Source: a virus
IMG/VR virus record: IMGVR_UViG_3300042549_007551
Location: 1-64,000 of that record
DNA length: 64,000 nucleotides
Strand: one strand, 5' to 3'
The notes below the pieces were generated by a model that did not search any database, was not told where the DNA came from, and was given only the letters and a program-made list of their open reading frames with translations. Each line of letters starts with the position of its first letter. Position 1 is the stretch's first letter. The translations under genes and the position numbers were made by a program. Positions 19,901-34,900 of the stretch are shown here, in pieces.

Positions 19901-22900
19901 GATTTATTTAAGTGAATAATAAAATCTTCTAGTTCTTGTTTAGAAGATAATTTAACTTCGTCTTTGTTATTAACAATAGATACGCTGTTGTTTTTATAAT
20001 TTAAAGCAGTATTTATATTAAAACCATTTATTATTTTTGACCAAGAAGCGTCATCAATTCTGTCTATTTGCAGCCAATCCTTATTCTTGCTTAGTTCTTC
20101 CCATCCTTGTCTTGAAGTTCTTAGTTGGCCTAACATTAAATCAGTGTTAGCTAATAATTGTTGTCTAATACCAGGGTGTTTTCTATAAGTATAAGAAACA
20201 ATAGCACCTGTATTTCCAGTTAAAAATTCGCTAGCTCTATTCATAGCTTTTAAGTTTATTTTAGGTAAGATAATTGTTTCTAATTTTAATCTTGTTTCTT
20301 GATTGCTTGTTCTTATAGAGAAGTTTTTATATGTTAAGTAATTAATAACTTCATCTACCATTGGTGTGTTGGTTTCTAAACTAATTTTTTTAGCCATAGC
20401 TTCAATGTCATAAGTACCGTTTGATTTTTTAATAGAATACTTTTCAATGAAAGGAAGTAACCCGTTGTTTTGTATTTCACTAAACACTTCAATTTCGTTT
20501 CTATCTTTTTGATCTAACAATACTTTCCAATTCACACCTTGTGCTTCTAATATTGCTGAAAAGGATGGAGTTATTGGTACACCACCGATGATGCTACCTT
20601 TAATATCCCGTTCAGCAATGGATATATTTTCTTCTTCAATCAATCTAGTTCTAACATTCATTTTTTCTGCAGTATGTTCTGCATCTAAAATGACATATAT
20701 TTCACCGCGTTGAATATCAATTCCTTTAAAGTTTAAAGTATTAATATCTCCGTTACTTAAAATATTGTTAACAATTAAATCATCTTTAATAACATCATAT
20801 ATAATGTCATTCCATACTGAATGGCCATCTGATGCTTTACCAAAAATACCGTCTAATATTTTTGCGTAATCTTTAGCAGCATCTAATATGATCTTACCTT
20901 CTCTAATTTTAAACGTATCTTTTAATTCTTTTTCTTTACTTCTTAATACACTTAAGTTGTTTTTTGTTAAACCATACTTCTTTAGTAACGCGTTATCTGC
21001 AATATTTTTATAACCATCACCTTGTAATTCATCATTAACTAAATACATTCTAACTGCGTTTAAAGTTTGTTCTAATACTGCTCCACCTGCACCACGCTTA
21101 ACTAAAGATTCTTTGTTAGCGACAATATCAACGCCAAACTTTTCTTTTAAACCAACTACATAACGTATGCCACCCTTAAAACCCCACATCCCTAACCAAG
21201 TTTTATTACCTTCATCCATTCCTACAGCTTTAGCATACTCAGCATCAATTAACAAAGCGTCTTCAAAAGCACCTGGATGATTAATAAACCCAACAATAGT
21301 ATTAACACCTATCTTATGTAAGATATCTCGCTTATAAAATTGATATTGTTTTTCTGTTAAATAGTTAGGTGTAAAGATATTAATAACTTTATCTTTACCA
21401 TTCTTATCTTTATAGGTTCTTAATAATCTACTAGTAATGATTTCTTTTTCTTTTGGATCAGCGATACTATCAATAAACTTACCTAAGTTGTCTTCAATAG
21501 TTGTAGCGTTTAACTTATTTAAATCTTCGTATTCGTAATAATCATTAATAATCTTATAAGGAGTATACTCTAAATAAAGTTTATTAAACGATAATACAAT
21601 ACGCCCTGGGTTTGTATTTAATGTATGAGGCATATCAACATTAAGTGCTGTTAAAGGTGGGTTAGATTTACCAGCTGAACCTTCTGCAGATTTTTCTAAA
21701 TCTAAACTTAAACGCACTACATTTTTTCTAGTCCATATAATTAAAGGACTTGTTGAGTACTGTGGATCAACTAAAAATAATAATTTTGCAGGGTCATTAG
21801 CTTTAAACTTTGATAATATTCTGTCAGCAATACCTCGGTATACCTTAACAATGTCTGAATCTTTTTCGTTACGTTTCGCGCTTTGATAAGTATCATAATA
21901 TCTAAAGAATCTTTGCTTTAATACCGTTGTCATATTAATACGTTCTAATGCGCTGTCTGGTATAGCATCATCAAATACTACAGATTCTCTAAACGCTGCT
22001 ATTTCCTTTGCTTTAATTGCTTTATCTGTTTCGTCTTGGGTGTATTCAAACAAACCATCTTTTTGATGTTTAGCTGCTAGTTTAATAGTTTTTTCAATAC
22101 TGTTATAGCTAGCGTCTATTCCATCTTCTAAGTAAATAGCTTCTTTATTTAAACCTGAAAAACCTAACTTACGTTTTCCACTCTTATCCGTATAGTTAAA
22201 GAACTTAGTTTTTAACCAGCCTTCCATGTCTTCATTAGGCTTGGGTCTATAAACAATGTCTTTAGTTTTAACTTCTAAAATTTTACCTACTTCAACATAA
22301 GTATATCTAAATTTAAATGTTGGCATACCACCGCCAGTAGTAAACTGATAATAGTTATATATGTTATTTTGATTATCCATATAACCAACTAAATAAAAAT
22401 TATCAGATGGAGATTTAGCAAGAGCTATATCGTCCTTTACAATTAAAGCTTCTTTATCTAAACCACGATGAGCATCTTTATATACACGTTTAACATTTTT
22501 AACGCCTAGTTTGTTTATAAACGATTGCTCTTCTCTTTCAGTTGCTACTCGTTGTAAACCATCAAGACGTTCATCTGGTGTAAAGTTATTAATATTTTCT
22601 TCGTTTCCGTTTAAAACTGTAAAAATATTGCTTCTTTCAAATTCTGTTTTAATACGTTCTGTATTTCTTAAGACAGAAATAACTTCTAAAAATTTATTAG
22701 TAATAACTTCGTTATTAATTTCTGTATTGTTTTTTGGTACGCCAATCTTTAAATCATTTAAAAAACTAATGTTACTGTTTACATAGTCTAGTTCTTTTTT
22801 TAAAGCCAATGTAATAAGTGTTCTTAAATTAAACTTGTCTATGTTTTTAAGTATCTTTTTTTCTTCTTCAATAACACTTATTAATCCTCTAGCACCTTTT

Positions 22901-25900
22901 TCTTTACTAAGTAAAGATACTAATGAAGCGTATGTTGTATTATCTTTTAGTTCATTTTGTTTACTTACAAGAATACTTAAGGCTTCATTAAACTTAATAT
23001 TTAAATCAGTATCACTTGCTTTTAAATTACTTAACACAGGTTTAAAACTAGTTCCTAGTAAAGATTTACCTACAGTATTCCAAGCATCTTCTACTGTTTT
23101 TAATTTAATGTCTGCATCTTTTTTAAGTCCGGCTACAATTTCTTTAATCTTTTCTTCTATTTTAGCATCAATAATATTTCTGCCGTTTTCAATACCGGTA
23201 GTAAGTTTAACTAATTTACTTTGTCTTTCGTTAAATTCTTTTAATAACTTATTCTTTTCTTCATTTGTTTTTATTTTTATAATACTAGGATCAACCATTC
23301 TACTTAAAACATCTTTAACTTTTTGAGAGTTTAAATCTATTTTTTGGTCAGCATCTGCAGGAATCAGTGTTAATAAAATTTCCATTTCTTCTAAAGTTTT
23401 ATTTAATAACTTTAAGTTTTCATCTATTTCAAATTTTAACAAACCAAAATCAACACTGTTTGTTCTTATGTATTTAAATCTTTTCTTAGCATTTTCTAAC
23501 TGATTGTTTAAAACATTTTGTATACGATAAGATGTGTTGCTACGAATGTTTTTAATTTTGTCAGCAGCTTTTTTTATAATATTTTTTAAGTCATCGGTTC
23601 CTACTTTAGCAGTAACTATTTCTTTTTTTAAATTTTCAACTTCACTAATTATTTGATTTCTTTCTTTGATCAAAGCGTCTTGTGTAGCTTTAAGTTCAAG
23701 TACTTTTTCTTTATGTGATTTAACAGAAGATAAATTAACGTAAGCAATAAATTTTTTAATTTGTTCTATTTGTTTTTCTACACTGTACAAAGCTTCGTTA
23801 TATTCAAAATCATTTAATTGGGTATCTTTAATACCTAGTTCTTTTTTAACAGCTTTTCTTATTGCCATACCTGTACTGGCAATAGATACACCTTGATCTT
23901 CTTTTAAAACGCCATCTTCTAAATAGTTATTGTATTCAAGTTCTGTGTCTTTTAGTAAAGCATCTGCGTACTTTTCAATATTTTTACTTTCATCTGTGGT
24001 ATGTCTTAACTTCCAACCTTCAATAAAGTAAGCAACTAACATATCTTTTAGTCTAGCTTTTTCAGCAGGATCTTTAGTACTGATGTACTCTAATACAATA
24101 TTTGTAACTGATTTAATTTGTGAATTGTTTCCCGTAAATAAAGCTTCTTTAAGTTTTACATTAACTGTAATACCTAGTTTCTCTTCAATTTCTTTCATTA
24201 ATTTTGTTACAATAATCGAACCTATTTCTTGGTTAAACCTAGTCATCGCTGTTATATCAGCATCGGTTAAAGCAATACCTTTATTAACTTTGTTTAATAT
24301 GTTATTAATTTCTTTTTTATTTGCTTCAATAAGTTTTACTTCTTCGCCTTTATCTACAGCATCTTCTACACTTAAAAGATTTAAACGTTCTCTAACAGCT
24401 TTAGGATCGTTTTGTCTTATTAATTGATAGTATAAATTTGTCTTTAATGTTTTAGATAGTTTAAAAATAAACTCATTATAGTTTACAAAGTCAAAACGTT
24501 TACCGTTGTGTGCAACAATAGGTACTGTGTTAGGTAAAGCATTGATTTCAGAAACAAACAAGCGTATAAATTCAATGTCATTAGGTAAACCGGCAATATT
24601 TTTTATGGTTAAATCAATACGTTTAGTATAGTCATCTAATTCATTTTTAGTTAAGTTGTTATTAATATATTCTTCTAACGCTTTAGCATCCCAATATTTT
24701 TTCTTATTAATATCTGCCCATGCTTTAAAGCCTGCGCTTTCTTTAACATACATTTTAACTTGTTGATCATAGAATCCTTCAAGTTCATCTGACTTAGTAA
24801 TAGTTTTAACACCATTTGAATCTATTGTTTCTTCAATACCGTCTATAAAAATACGGTTTGTCATAAATTGGTTTAAAACATTAAACATTAACTTACCTTT
24901 TACACGTGTAACATTTAAGATTGTTAATTGATAAGGGGTTCTTCTTCCACTTTTTTCTGTAATAGTTTCCATGTCTAACACAACAAAACGATCAGGTATA
25001 TTTTTACCACTTAATTCAATTTGTTTCATGTAGTTAAAGAAGGTAACGATGTTATCAACAACAGCGTTGTGTAAGTTTATACCTTTTTCACCATCAATAT
25101 TAGTGCTTTCAATTAAATCAAGTAATGCTTGTTTACCACCTTGATAGTAGTTTCCTGCTTCAGTAATAATACTATCTAACAGTGCTTCTCTGCTAACATC
25201 TTCTTTTATCTTATAGTTATTTCTATAAGTATCTAAGTTACTATTACCGTAAGGTTTGTTTTTCTTAGCTTCAAGTAAAAGATTATCATGTCTTAACTTT
25301 ATAGGTGCACTTTCTTCTTCTAATAAATCAATTCTTTTATTTAGTTTAGAAATCTTATCAGGATTTACAACTGTGTACGTATTGATTGAGTCACGTCTAT
25401 TTTTAAGAGTAGATAGTTCTGCATTTAATTGTTCTTTACTTTTAATTAAAATATCTTCTTCATCATTAAAAGCTTTTACTTCATTACTTAATAAATAAGA
25501 AACAACTTCATCTTCTTTAACTAAACTAATTCCATCTTTTGCAACACGCTTAACAATGTTCTTAATAACATCTTCTGGTTTTTGATTCCCATATTTATTT
25601 ATGTTTTCTAAAGCAGTTTCAGCACTCTTAATGTTTTCTAAAGTAGTTTTAATATTACTTTTTAATTTCTTTAAATTGTAAATTAACTTTGAGAGGTCTG
25701 TATTTTTACTATTAATAATAATGTTATTTACACTAGTAGAAAATTCTTCTCTTAAAGTTTCTAATTGATCTAATGTGTATTCTTCTTTTTCATCTTTTAA
25801 AATCTGTAAAGACTTTGTTTTTAATTTTAAATTAAATCCACTTGATTTAAAATAAGTTGTGTCTTCTTCATTTATCTTATAGATAAGATTTTTTAAACGC

Positions 25901-28900
25901 TTATATAGTTCTTCACTCTTAAGCGTATACAAAACTTTATATTTATTTGTTTCTTTTTTAACTGTTTCTTTTGTAAGATCTTTCTTTTTTATGTTTAATT
26001 TTTTAAATTTGTAGTCTAAAGCTATTTGTATGTAAGTTGCAACCATAAACTTTTTAAAAACATTAGTATATTTTCTATCATGTGGTTTGTAATCAACACC
26101 AGTTAACTTGCTATCTTGTAATTCTTTGACCTTGTTATCAATTTCTTCTTCATAATTTTTAAAGTCTTCAAATTCATACGTAAAAATAAATTCATTTTCT
26201 AATTCCTGTAAGATGTACTTAGCTTTGTCTAAGTATTTATTTTTTCCTTTAACTAAAGAAGCGGTAGCTTCTTCATTTAATACAAGTTTATTTAAATCTT
26301 GTTGTTCTTTTTTAACAAGTTCTTTTGTAGCTTCTTTTATACCACTAAAATAAACTGTTCTAATATTATTTAGATAGTATTTTACAGAAGCAATCTTACG
26401 TTCTTTAGCGCTTTGTGTATCTTCATCTAAGTAACCTTCATTAACGATGTATTGGTTAATGTTATCTATTCTTTTTTTATTTTTTTCTTCAATGTTTAAA
26501 ACAATCTTAGTAAACTTTTTCCATGAATTAGTTTTAATCTTACTGTCTTTAGGACCGGTAGATAAAGTTTGTTCTAAAGCATCAATATCATCTAATTTTT
26601 TATTAGCATTTAATATGAAATCTTTATATCCAGCTGCATTTGTAATATTGATTTTATATTTCTTTAATATTAAAATAGATTTACTGTTATATAAATTTTG
26701 TAATTTCTTTTTACGTATGTTCTTAAAAGCTATATACTCGTTTGTTTTAAAATAAGTTTTTTCTGCCTCAAGTTCAATTAATATTTTTTCTCTTTCTTGA
26801 AAAAATTCTTTAGGTATAAACGCTTTAACTTTTTCTAAAGCTTGTTTGTTTTCTTTTTCAGCCTTATCTAAAACAGTTAACCAATAGTCATTAAATTCTT
26901 TCATTAAACCAGGATTGTTATTATAAATATCAATTAATAATTTTTCTTTATATGCTGCGTTTTTATCTTTTAATACTTCTATGCTGTTGTTAATACCACT
27001 AACAGCTTCTTCTAGTTTACTAATAGCTTTATTTAAACTAGACATGTTCTTATTAATTATTGTGTTTTCATTGATATCAAAATTATAGTTTAACTTAAAC
27101 CCTCTTTGGCTAGCGTTAACAACTTTTAACTCTTTCTTTAATTCATCAATTGTATCTTTAATACTTAACCAAGTAGTAATAGTAGGCAATTGTTTTAGTG
27201 CCATCTCACTGTTTGCAGCCATACCAAGCTCAACAGTATCATAAACATTACGTGTACTTGCATCTAGTTTTAAACTACTTTCTAAAACATTAACAAGGTT
27301 TTCTATTTTTTCAATACGATCTTCTGCTTCTTTACGTTCTGATTTTGACATGTTGTTTAAAACAGATTCAGGATAAATTAACTTTAATAATTTTTTAACA
27401 CCGTGAACACTCTCAATATTGGTAGCAATTTCTGATAGTTTTAATAATTGATTACTAATATTAGCTTCTTGTATATCCATTAACCCTTGTAAAACAAGTT
27501 TTTCACGGTCTTTAATACCTTCTTGTGTCTTTAATTCAAACTTTTGTACAAGGATATAACCCATAATTGCTTTTACTTGCTCAATGTTAACGCCTATTAA
27601 ATAACCGCGGCTGTTAAAATACTTAACAATATCTTTTAATGCTTCTTCTATTTCAATAACTTTCTTAGGATCGTTAATTGTTTTAACATATCTTTCAAAA
27701 TCTTTTTTATAAAGAGTAATATATTTTTTATCTTGTTCTAAAACTAATAAAGCACTACCTATTTCTTTCATCTTAACAAAGTCGTACTTATCTACACCGC
27801 CTTTTAATAAACTTAATACATTTGTATATCGTGTCATTAAGTTTAAATAAACACTGTCTGGGTTTCTAGTGGATACTTTATCAATTGTTTCTGCATAGTC
27901 TTCATTAATAGAGTGAAAGCTAAAATCAGCCAGTGTTTGTTCTATAACTTGTGCCATAGTACTTTGATAAGAAGGATCTGTATTAGGTTTAAACACAGCA
28001 CTAAAAGCATTTCTTGTTGCTTCTCTAGTAATCTTATTAATATTATTTGGCGTAGTCATTAACAACTGTGGCTTAACAGTTACATTAGTATCAGGTGTAT
28101 CTTTTTCTTTTAAAACAATAATGTCTAGTCTATCGTTAATGCCTTTAACATAAGAACCTGCATTACTTAAATGACTTACACTATTAAATATAGATCGTAA
28201 AATACTGTTTTCAAATGGGTCATCTTGTTGTTTAGTTTCAAAAATATTTAAAGCTTCAAGTTTTTTAATACGTCTAATGTTCTTTTTAGCTGCACCAATT
28301 CTAAATTTATTAACTGCATCTTGCCAAGACCATTGTTGTTTAAACTCATTGTTAATAAACTGTGTTTTAGCAAAGTTAATAATGTTTACAAAAGCAAACA
28401 TGTTATCGTTTTTGCTTATGGTGTTATACAACACATCCATGATTTCATCTAATGTATTGTATTTTGTAAATAAATTTTCAACAGTTTCAAAATCAATACC
28501 TAAAGAATTAAATAATTTCTTAGATAAACTAATTCTTTTTTCTTTTTCATTGTGAGTATGACGTATAACGTTACCTTTATAGTCTTTAAACCCAAATAAA
28601 TATTCGTATAAGTATACTTTAAATTTTTTATTATCATCTAATAAAGGTAAATTTATTAAATTGTAAACTTCAAAAGGACTTTCAAATTTGTTTTCTTTTT
28701 TATTTCTTAATAAGTAAGACATAACTTTAAAGACATTATCGTCAATAGGACCTAATCTAGTCTTACCGCTTTCTTGTTTATACTTGTTTAAATCTATTTT
28801 AAATTGTTTAGCGACAGTTTCTATCGTTGCGTTTTCTTTCTTTAATCCACCATAAAACATAATGTTAATAAAAAGCTCAGTCATATTTCTTGCTTCTTTA

Positions 28901-31900
28901 TCTTTAATGCTGTCTAAGTATTCTGAAGCACTGCCAAAGTTTTTAATAAAAGTTGGTTTAATAATTGCTTTACCGGAGGTGTCTCCAAAGAATACGTCTT
29001 CTGCTTTGTTAACAATACTTTCTATGGTTTCTTTAACTACGTTATTAAAAGCAGAAGGAGTTGTTTGCGTTATATTATCAAGAATAACGTCAGTAATATT
29101 AACACCATTTTCTTCTCTAAAATCTTCTTTTGGTTTTTTATACCAGTTCTTTACATTATCTTTATCTTGAATTCTTAAATCTTTAATCATACTTTCTAAC
29201 GTAACAGTACTCTTTGGATCTTTTTCAAGCATCTTTTTATAGCTTAAAGAAGCATTAATTTGTAAATAAATTTCGTTTGTTTTATTAGCATGTAAAGAAA
29301 TATTGTTTATGTATTTGTTTAATGTTGTTTTTAAAACATCTTTTTTAATGCTATTAATTTCTGCGTCACTAACTGTTTTAATGTTGTCATCAAACATAGT
29401 ACTATATTTCTTTATATAATTTAAAATTGCATTAACTTGAGGGTTATTTGTTTTAACATCGGTTATTAATTCTGCTAAAGTCATGTCATCTGGTAACTCA
29501 AGTACGCTTTTTAATTGATTAAAGTAAGTATTAATTGTATTTTTAATAGCAATTTTAATACTTAAGTAGTCTTCATTTTTAAATTTATTAAAAATAGAAT
29601 CATCTATATTTAAATAAGAAGCCAGACCAATTAAAGTTTTATCATCCATACGATCAATATCAAAAGTACTAGGTAAGTTTTTTATTACGTAAAATAAGTT
29701 AGTCCAGTTTAAATTTGTAGCAGTGCCTCTAACCCTAGCGTTATTTGCTTTAGTAGATTCTTTATACAAAGCTCTACTACGTCTTAGCTGTGCTGCTAAA
29801 ACGCTTTCTAATGATACACCTTCAGTTTGTTTGCTGTTAAATTCTTCTTTTAATTCATTGATAAGATTTAACATTCCAACTTTTTGTGCATTAAACAAAC
29901 CTTTGTTGTATTCTTTTTTACCGTTAACTAAAACAAATGTTTTGTTTTCTGAGTGCTTTAAAATATTATTTCTGGTGGACATTTCTTTAGCAGTAATAAA
30001 ACCTTCAAGCCCTGAACCAAAATAATCTTGTAACTTTTTAATAAGTTTTTTGTAATAAATATTATGGGTGTACTTTAAAGAAGATACAAAACTATATGCA
30101 ACGTCTTTTAATTGTTCTATTGTTTTTAAAAACTCTTTATTATAGATATCGTTATAGTTATTAAAAGTAATATCTTCGTTCTTATATTCTTTTTGCATAA
30201 CAATAAGCGCATTTTTAATAGCATCTAATAGTGTTATTTTAATATCAGGTCCTATGTTAGTTGCATTTATTTTTATCTCTGTTAACTGTTCATATAAACG
30301 ATAATTTTCTCTTCTTAAATCAGATTCAAAATTATTAAAGTTATAATTTTCTTTAATGTAACGATCAGTAAAAAAGTTTCGTCCAATAACATCTATATCA
30401 AAAGAACCAAAATCATTGTATAAAAGTTCTAAAAATCTAGCAAAGGCTTTTTCTTTTCTAGCTAGTCTTACAACCCTTTTAAACAAATTGGTTTGGTTAA
30501 AATTAATATTAACAACATCACCAGGTTCTACAATAGTGTATTCTTTTTTTATTCTGGCAAACTCAGTCAACTTTTTAACAAGGTCTTCTCTGCTTAACTT
30601 TAATCTATCAGCTAACTTTTGTAGGTTTTCAACATCTTTTAAGAACCCACCTAAGATACCACCTTGTCCACTTCTTGAAGTTGAGCTCTTAATATTTATA
30701 TAGTTAGATTTTAACTCTCCATTTATATTTCCGTTTTTATCTTTAGTAATAACGTAATCAAAAGTATTAATATATTTCTTAGTCCTTCTCATTTCTAATA
30801 TATCTTTGTGTTGTTCCTCAGTCATGAAGTAAATATTTTTATCTTTAGAGGTTTTATCTTTTAGAGCAAATTTTACAAGGTTATTAAATTCTGAAAAAGC
30901 CGTTTCAAGATTGTCTTTGCTAACAATAATAACTGCACCAGTTTCACTGATGTCTCTTAAAGTTAAAACATAAGGATCGTATCCTTTTTCTTTTAAAACT
31001 TTAGCTATTTTTTTACTTCCTTCTGTATGTAATTCAGTATTGTGTTTGCTTATAATTTTCTCACCAATCTCAGAGTTATAGTTAGGTAATCCTTTTACAC
31101 CTGATTCATCAATATTTGAGTTGCCATTACCATCATAGTGTTCTACCACCATGTATTCTTTTGTCGCAGGATCATAAGCAATAGCAATATTACTATCATC
31201 AGAAGTACTTCTGTTGTTATAAAACATTGTTTCAACTTTTTCAGGGTTATCAACTATGTATTTATAAAAAGCATTAAAGTCTTCTTCTAATGCTTTATCT
31301 TTGATATTGTTTCTAAAGTTTTCATACGCATTAATACGTCTTTGAATATCGATAACTTCATTTTCTAAATCACTAATTTGGTCTTTAATGTTTTTACTCT
31401 TACTATCTTTTCTATTTTTTAATAAAGCTATACGGTTGTTTTGTCTTAACACAACGCCATTAAGTTCTTCTATTTTGTTTAATGTAGCTACACCTTTTCC
31501 TACAGTACCTTGATAAAAGAAAACCTTTTTAACTAATAGTTCTTTGGTTTCTTGTGGTATATCTTTTGCATCTAACACATACAAAATAAATAGTATGTCA
31601 CTACTTACAGGTTTATTAATTGTTTTACCGTTTATAACAACAGTTGTTTCTGGTTTTTTAAATTCTGTATTAGCTTTTTCTAAATAGTAAAATATCTCTG
31701 GTTTTAAAACTAATTGTATATTACTATAACGATTTTTTCTTTTTAAAAATTTAGGGTCTGCAGATTCATATTGAGTTTCTAAGAACAGTAAAGTGTTTAA
31801 ACTTCCGTATGCATTAATGAAATTAATATCATTAACTAAAGCATATTCTTCATCTGTTCCTTTAAACAACTCTCTGCTAATTGTTAACGGTGCGGTTACA

Positions 31901-34900
31901 ATACTACTTCCAAATTTTTTAACGGCGTCTTGGTATTCATTTAATAGTTTATTACCAAGTTCACTAGCTGTTTCAGGTGTTAACGTACCTTTAGCAACTG
32001 TATTTGTTTTTAAACGATCAATAATACTAGACACAATTCTTATGTTTACATGGTGTGTTAGTAAGTATTCTAATAAGTAAACTTTTCTAGATACTTTATT
32101 TTTGTCATTTTTAATATAAATAACTATTTGTTTATCTTCAAAAGCAAAGTAATCTAACTCTTTAAAATCAACTTCTTTTTTAAATGCTTTATCAGTTTCG
32201 ATAAAGCTGTTTAAAAAGTAAACAACTTGCATTAATCCGCTCTTTAAATTAAATGCTGGTTTAATACTATTTTCATCTTCATAGTTTCCAAACGTTTGAA
32301 AGTTAGAGAAAGTAATAATATCATCTAATAAATCTTTATGTTTATCGTCACTAATAGAAAGTGCTTTGTACACACTTGTACTTAAAGTATAGTGCCGATC
32401 ACTAGATGCTCTGATATCTTTTATTTCTGTAGCACGTATACCTTTATCAATAATATTTTTTAGATAACGATGTTTATTATTAAAGGCATACAAATCTTGC
32501 AGTTTAATAGTCATTATCTTTAGAGCATTGCCAGCTATTAATTTATATACATCAGCAGTAATTGATTTATCCCCGCTAATTAACTTTTCAATAAAGTCTT
32601 TTAAATAATCTTTATCATACTCAATATTATTTTCATCAAAATAATTACGTATAGATTCATTAACAGATTGATAGTAAATACGGTTTAATCGTTTTTGTTC
32701 CTTACCATCTAAAGGTAGTTTAATATCAATATCTTCTTCTTTGTTATAAAGATCACCTAAAAGTCTTATCTTATAGCTGTCACTCTTAAACGTTTCACCA
32801 CGTTTACTAAATACTTTGACCTTCTTACCTTCTTTAGAGTTGGATAAAGTATCCCAATCTATTGTAATTACTTTTTCTTTATCTAAACGAACAAGTTCTT
32901 TTAAAACTTTTTCTAAAAAATAATAGTGCCCAGAGGATGTTCTTTTTAATCCCTTTAAAGTTTCTTTATAACTTTTTGCATCGTCTATTGTTTCACTGTC
33001 ACTATTTATAAACATCGCCATTCTAAAATTAAACCTTAATTCTTTAATATTTAAAACACTAAAACCACCGGCTAGTATTTTCTTTAAAGCATTGTAAGGA
33101 TTGTTTTTATCTTTTTCAATATCACTTGTACTTAATTTAAATAATAAATTAGTTAATAAAGATTGAGGTATATTTTCTAGTTGTTTTACAATCGTGCTTT
33201 GAACACTTAATGTACTACTAACTGCTTTTTTAATTGTATTCTTTTTAGCTTCTTCTTGTTTTCTAATTTCCTTAGTTTCAATCAACTCTTCAATCATCGT
33301 GTCGTACTCAGTTAAAAATTCTTTATCACTAAGCACTTCATCTTTTTGTAAGATGTATTCACTTTCAACAACATTGCTTTCTCTTTCTTCTAAAAATTTA
33401 ATGAAAGCTGTATCAATGCTATTAAGTTTACTAACAGCATCTGGTATAGATAGCTTGTTCCAATTTTTTAATTCGTCTTCTGTTATGAAATCAGGGAGTA
33501 ATTCTTTCTTTGCTTCGTCACTTAAAAATAAATTAATATCTTTGTTAACATTAATACTGTTATAGTAATACGATTTAACATATGAATACATTTCATTGTA
33601 TTGTAAAAAGTTATTAATACGTCTTAATTCTTGATCTAAAATATCTTTAATAGCTTTCTTATCTGCTTTATTTTTTTCTGAATCAGAATCAAGAACCTTA
33701 GTTATTTTTTCAATTTGTTTATCTGCACGTTCAAATAATTTATTTACTGTATCTAACTTTTGTTTAAACAAACCATTCTTTTGATTTAATAACTTATAAA
33801 AAACTATTTCTTTTAACTCTGTTAAGCTTACATCTTCAACACTTCTAAAGGTAGGTTTATTTTTGTTTTCAATAACTTTATTGATTGCTTCAACAACACC
33901 TAAAAGACCTCCGAAACTTTTAACTTTATCTGCTGATATATAACTATCTAACTCTAACTTTTTTATAATTCTAATTAATGTGTTTATTTTAGCAGCAGTC
34001 GTTTGTTTGTCCCAGTTTTTTTCGATGTCATCAGCATCAAAGTTTATTAATCCTTTTAATAATAAAGTAGTTTCAAATCCATCTGGAAGTAAGTTATAAA
34101 TTAAACTAACGATATCTTGTTCAATTGTTTTAACAAAAGAAATTTGTACATCAACTACTTTCTTTTTTCTATTACTAGGAGTAATTGTTTTTAAAGTAGC
34201 TCTTTCTATTTCGTTGCCGTCTTTATCAACTAAAGCTACCTTAATTCCATATTGATTAGCTAGATCAACTAATGCATCACCTTCGTCACCTTCAATAAAC
34301 TCATCAATAGCACGTTGTTTATTATACGTATTACGTTGTACATCTTCATCTTTTTTAGGATTGTTCTTAATAATTTCTAACTTATCTTTTAATGTTTTAA
34401 TTGTTGTAGCTTTTTTATCTTGTGCATTTTGTATTTTAGTAATGCTGGTTTCTAAAGCAATAATTTCCTCAGACGCTTTTAGTTTTTCTTCTCCAGTAGC
34501 TTTAACATTTTTAGTAATCTTTAAAAGTTTATTAACTTGTTTTTTTAAATCAACTTTTTCTTTTTCTAATTCTTTATTTTCTTCTTGTAAAGTAGCAAGT
34601 TCTTCATTAATAACTAAACTACTTTTAATAAAAACAGTTTCATTAGAAAATATTTTAAAACCATTAATTACTTTTAAAACGTTAAACAAACTTTGTTGTG
34701 CAACGGTAGTTAATTCATTTACATGTACAAGACCAGCGTCCATAAGAACAAATACTTGACTCAAAACTTTACGGTGTTTAGTAATATACGTATAGTTTAA
34801 TAAAGCATTTCTTTTTGCTACATATTCAAGCGTAACTTTATCATTACCTTTTTGTCCGGCTTTTACAACGGCGTCTAAATCAGGTCCTGCTTTTTTTTCG

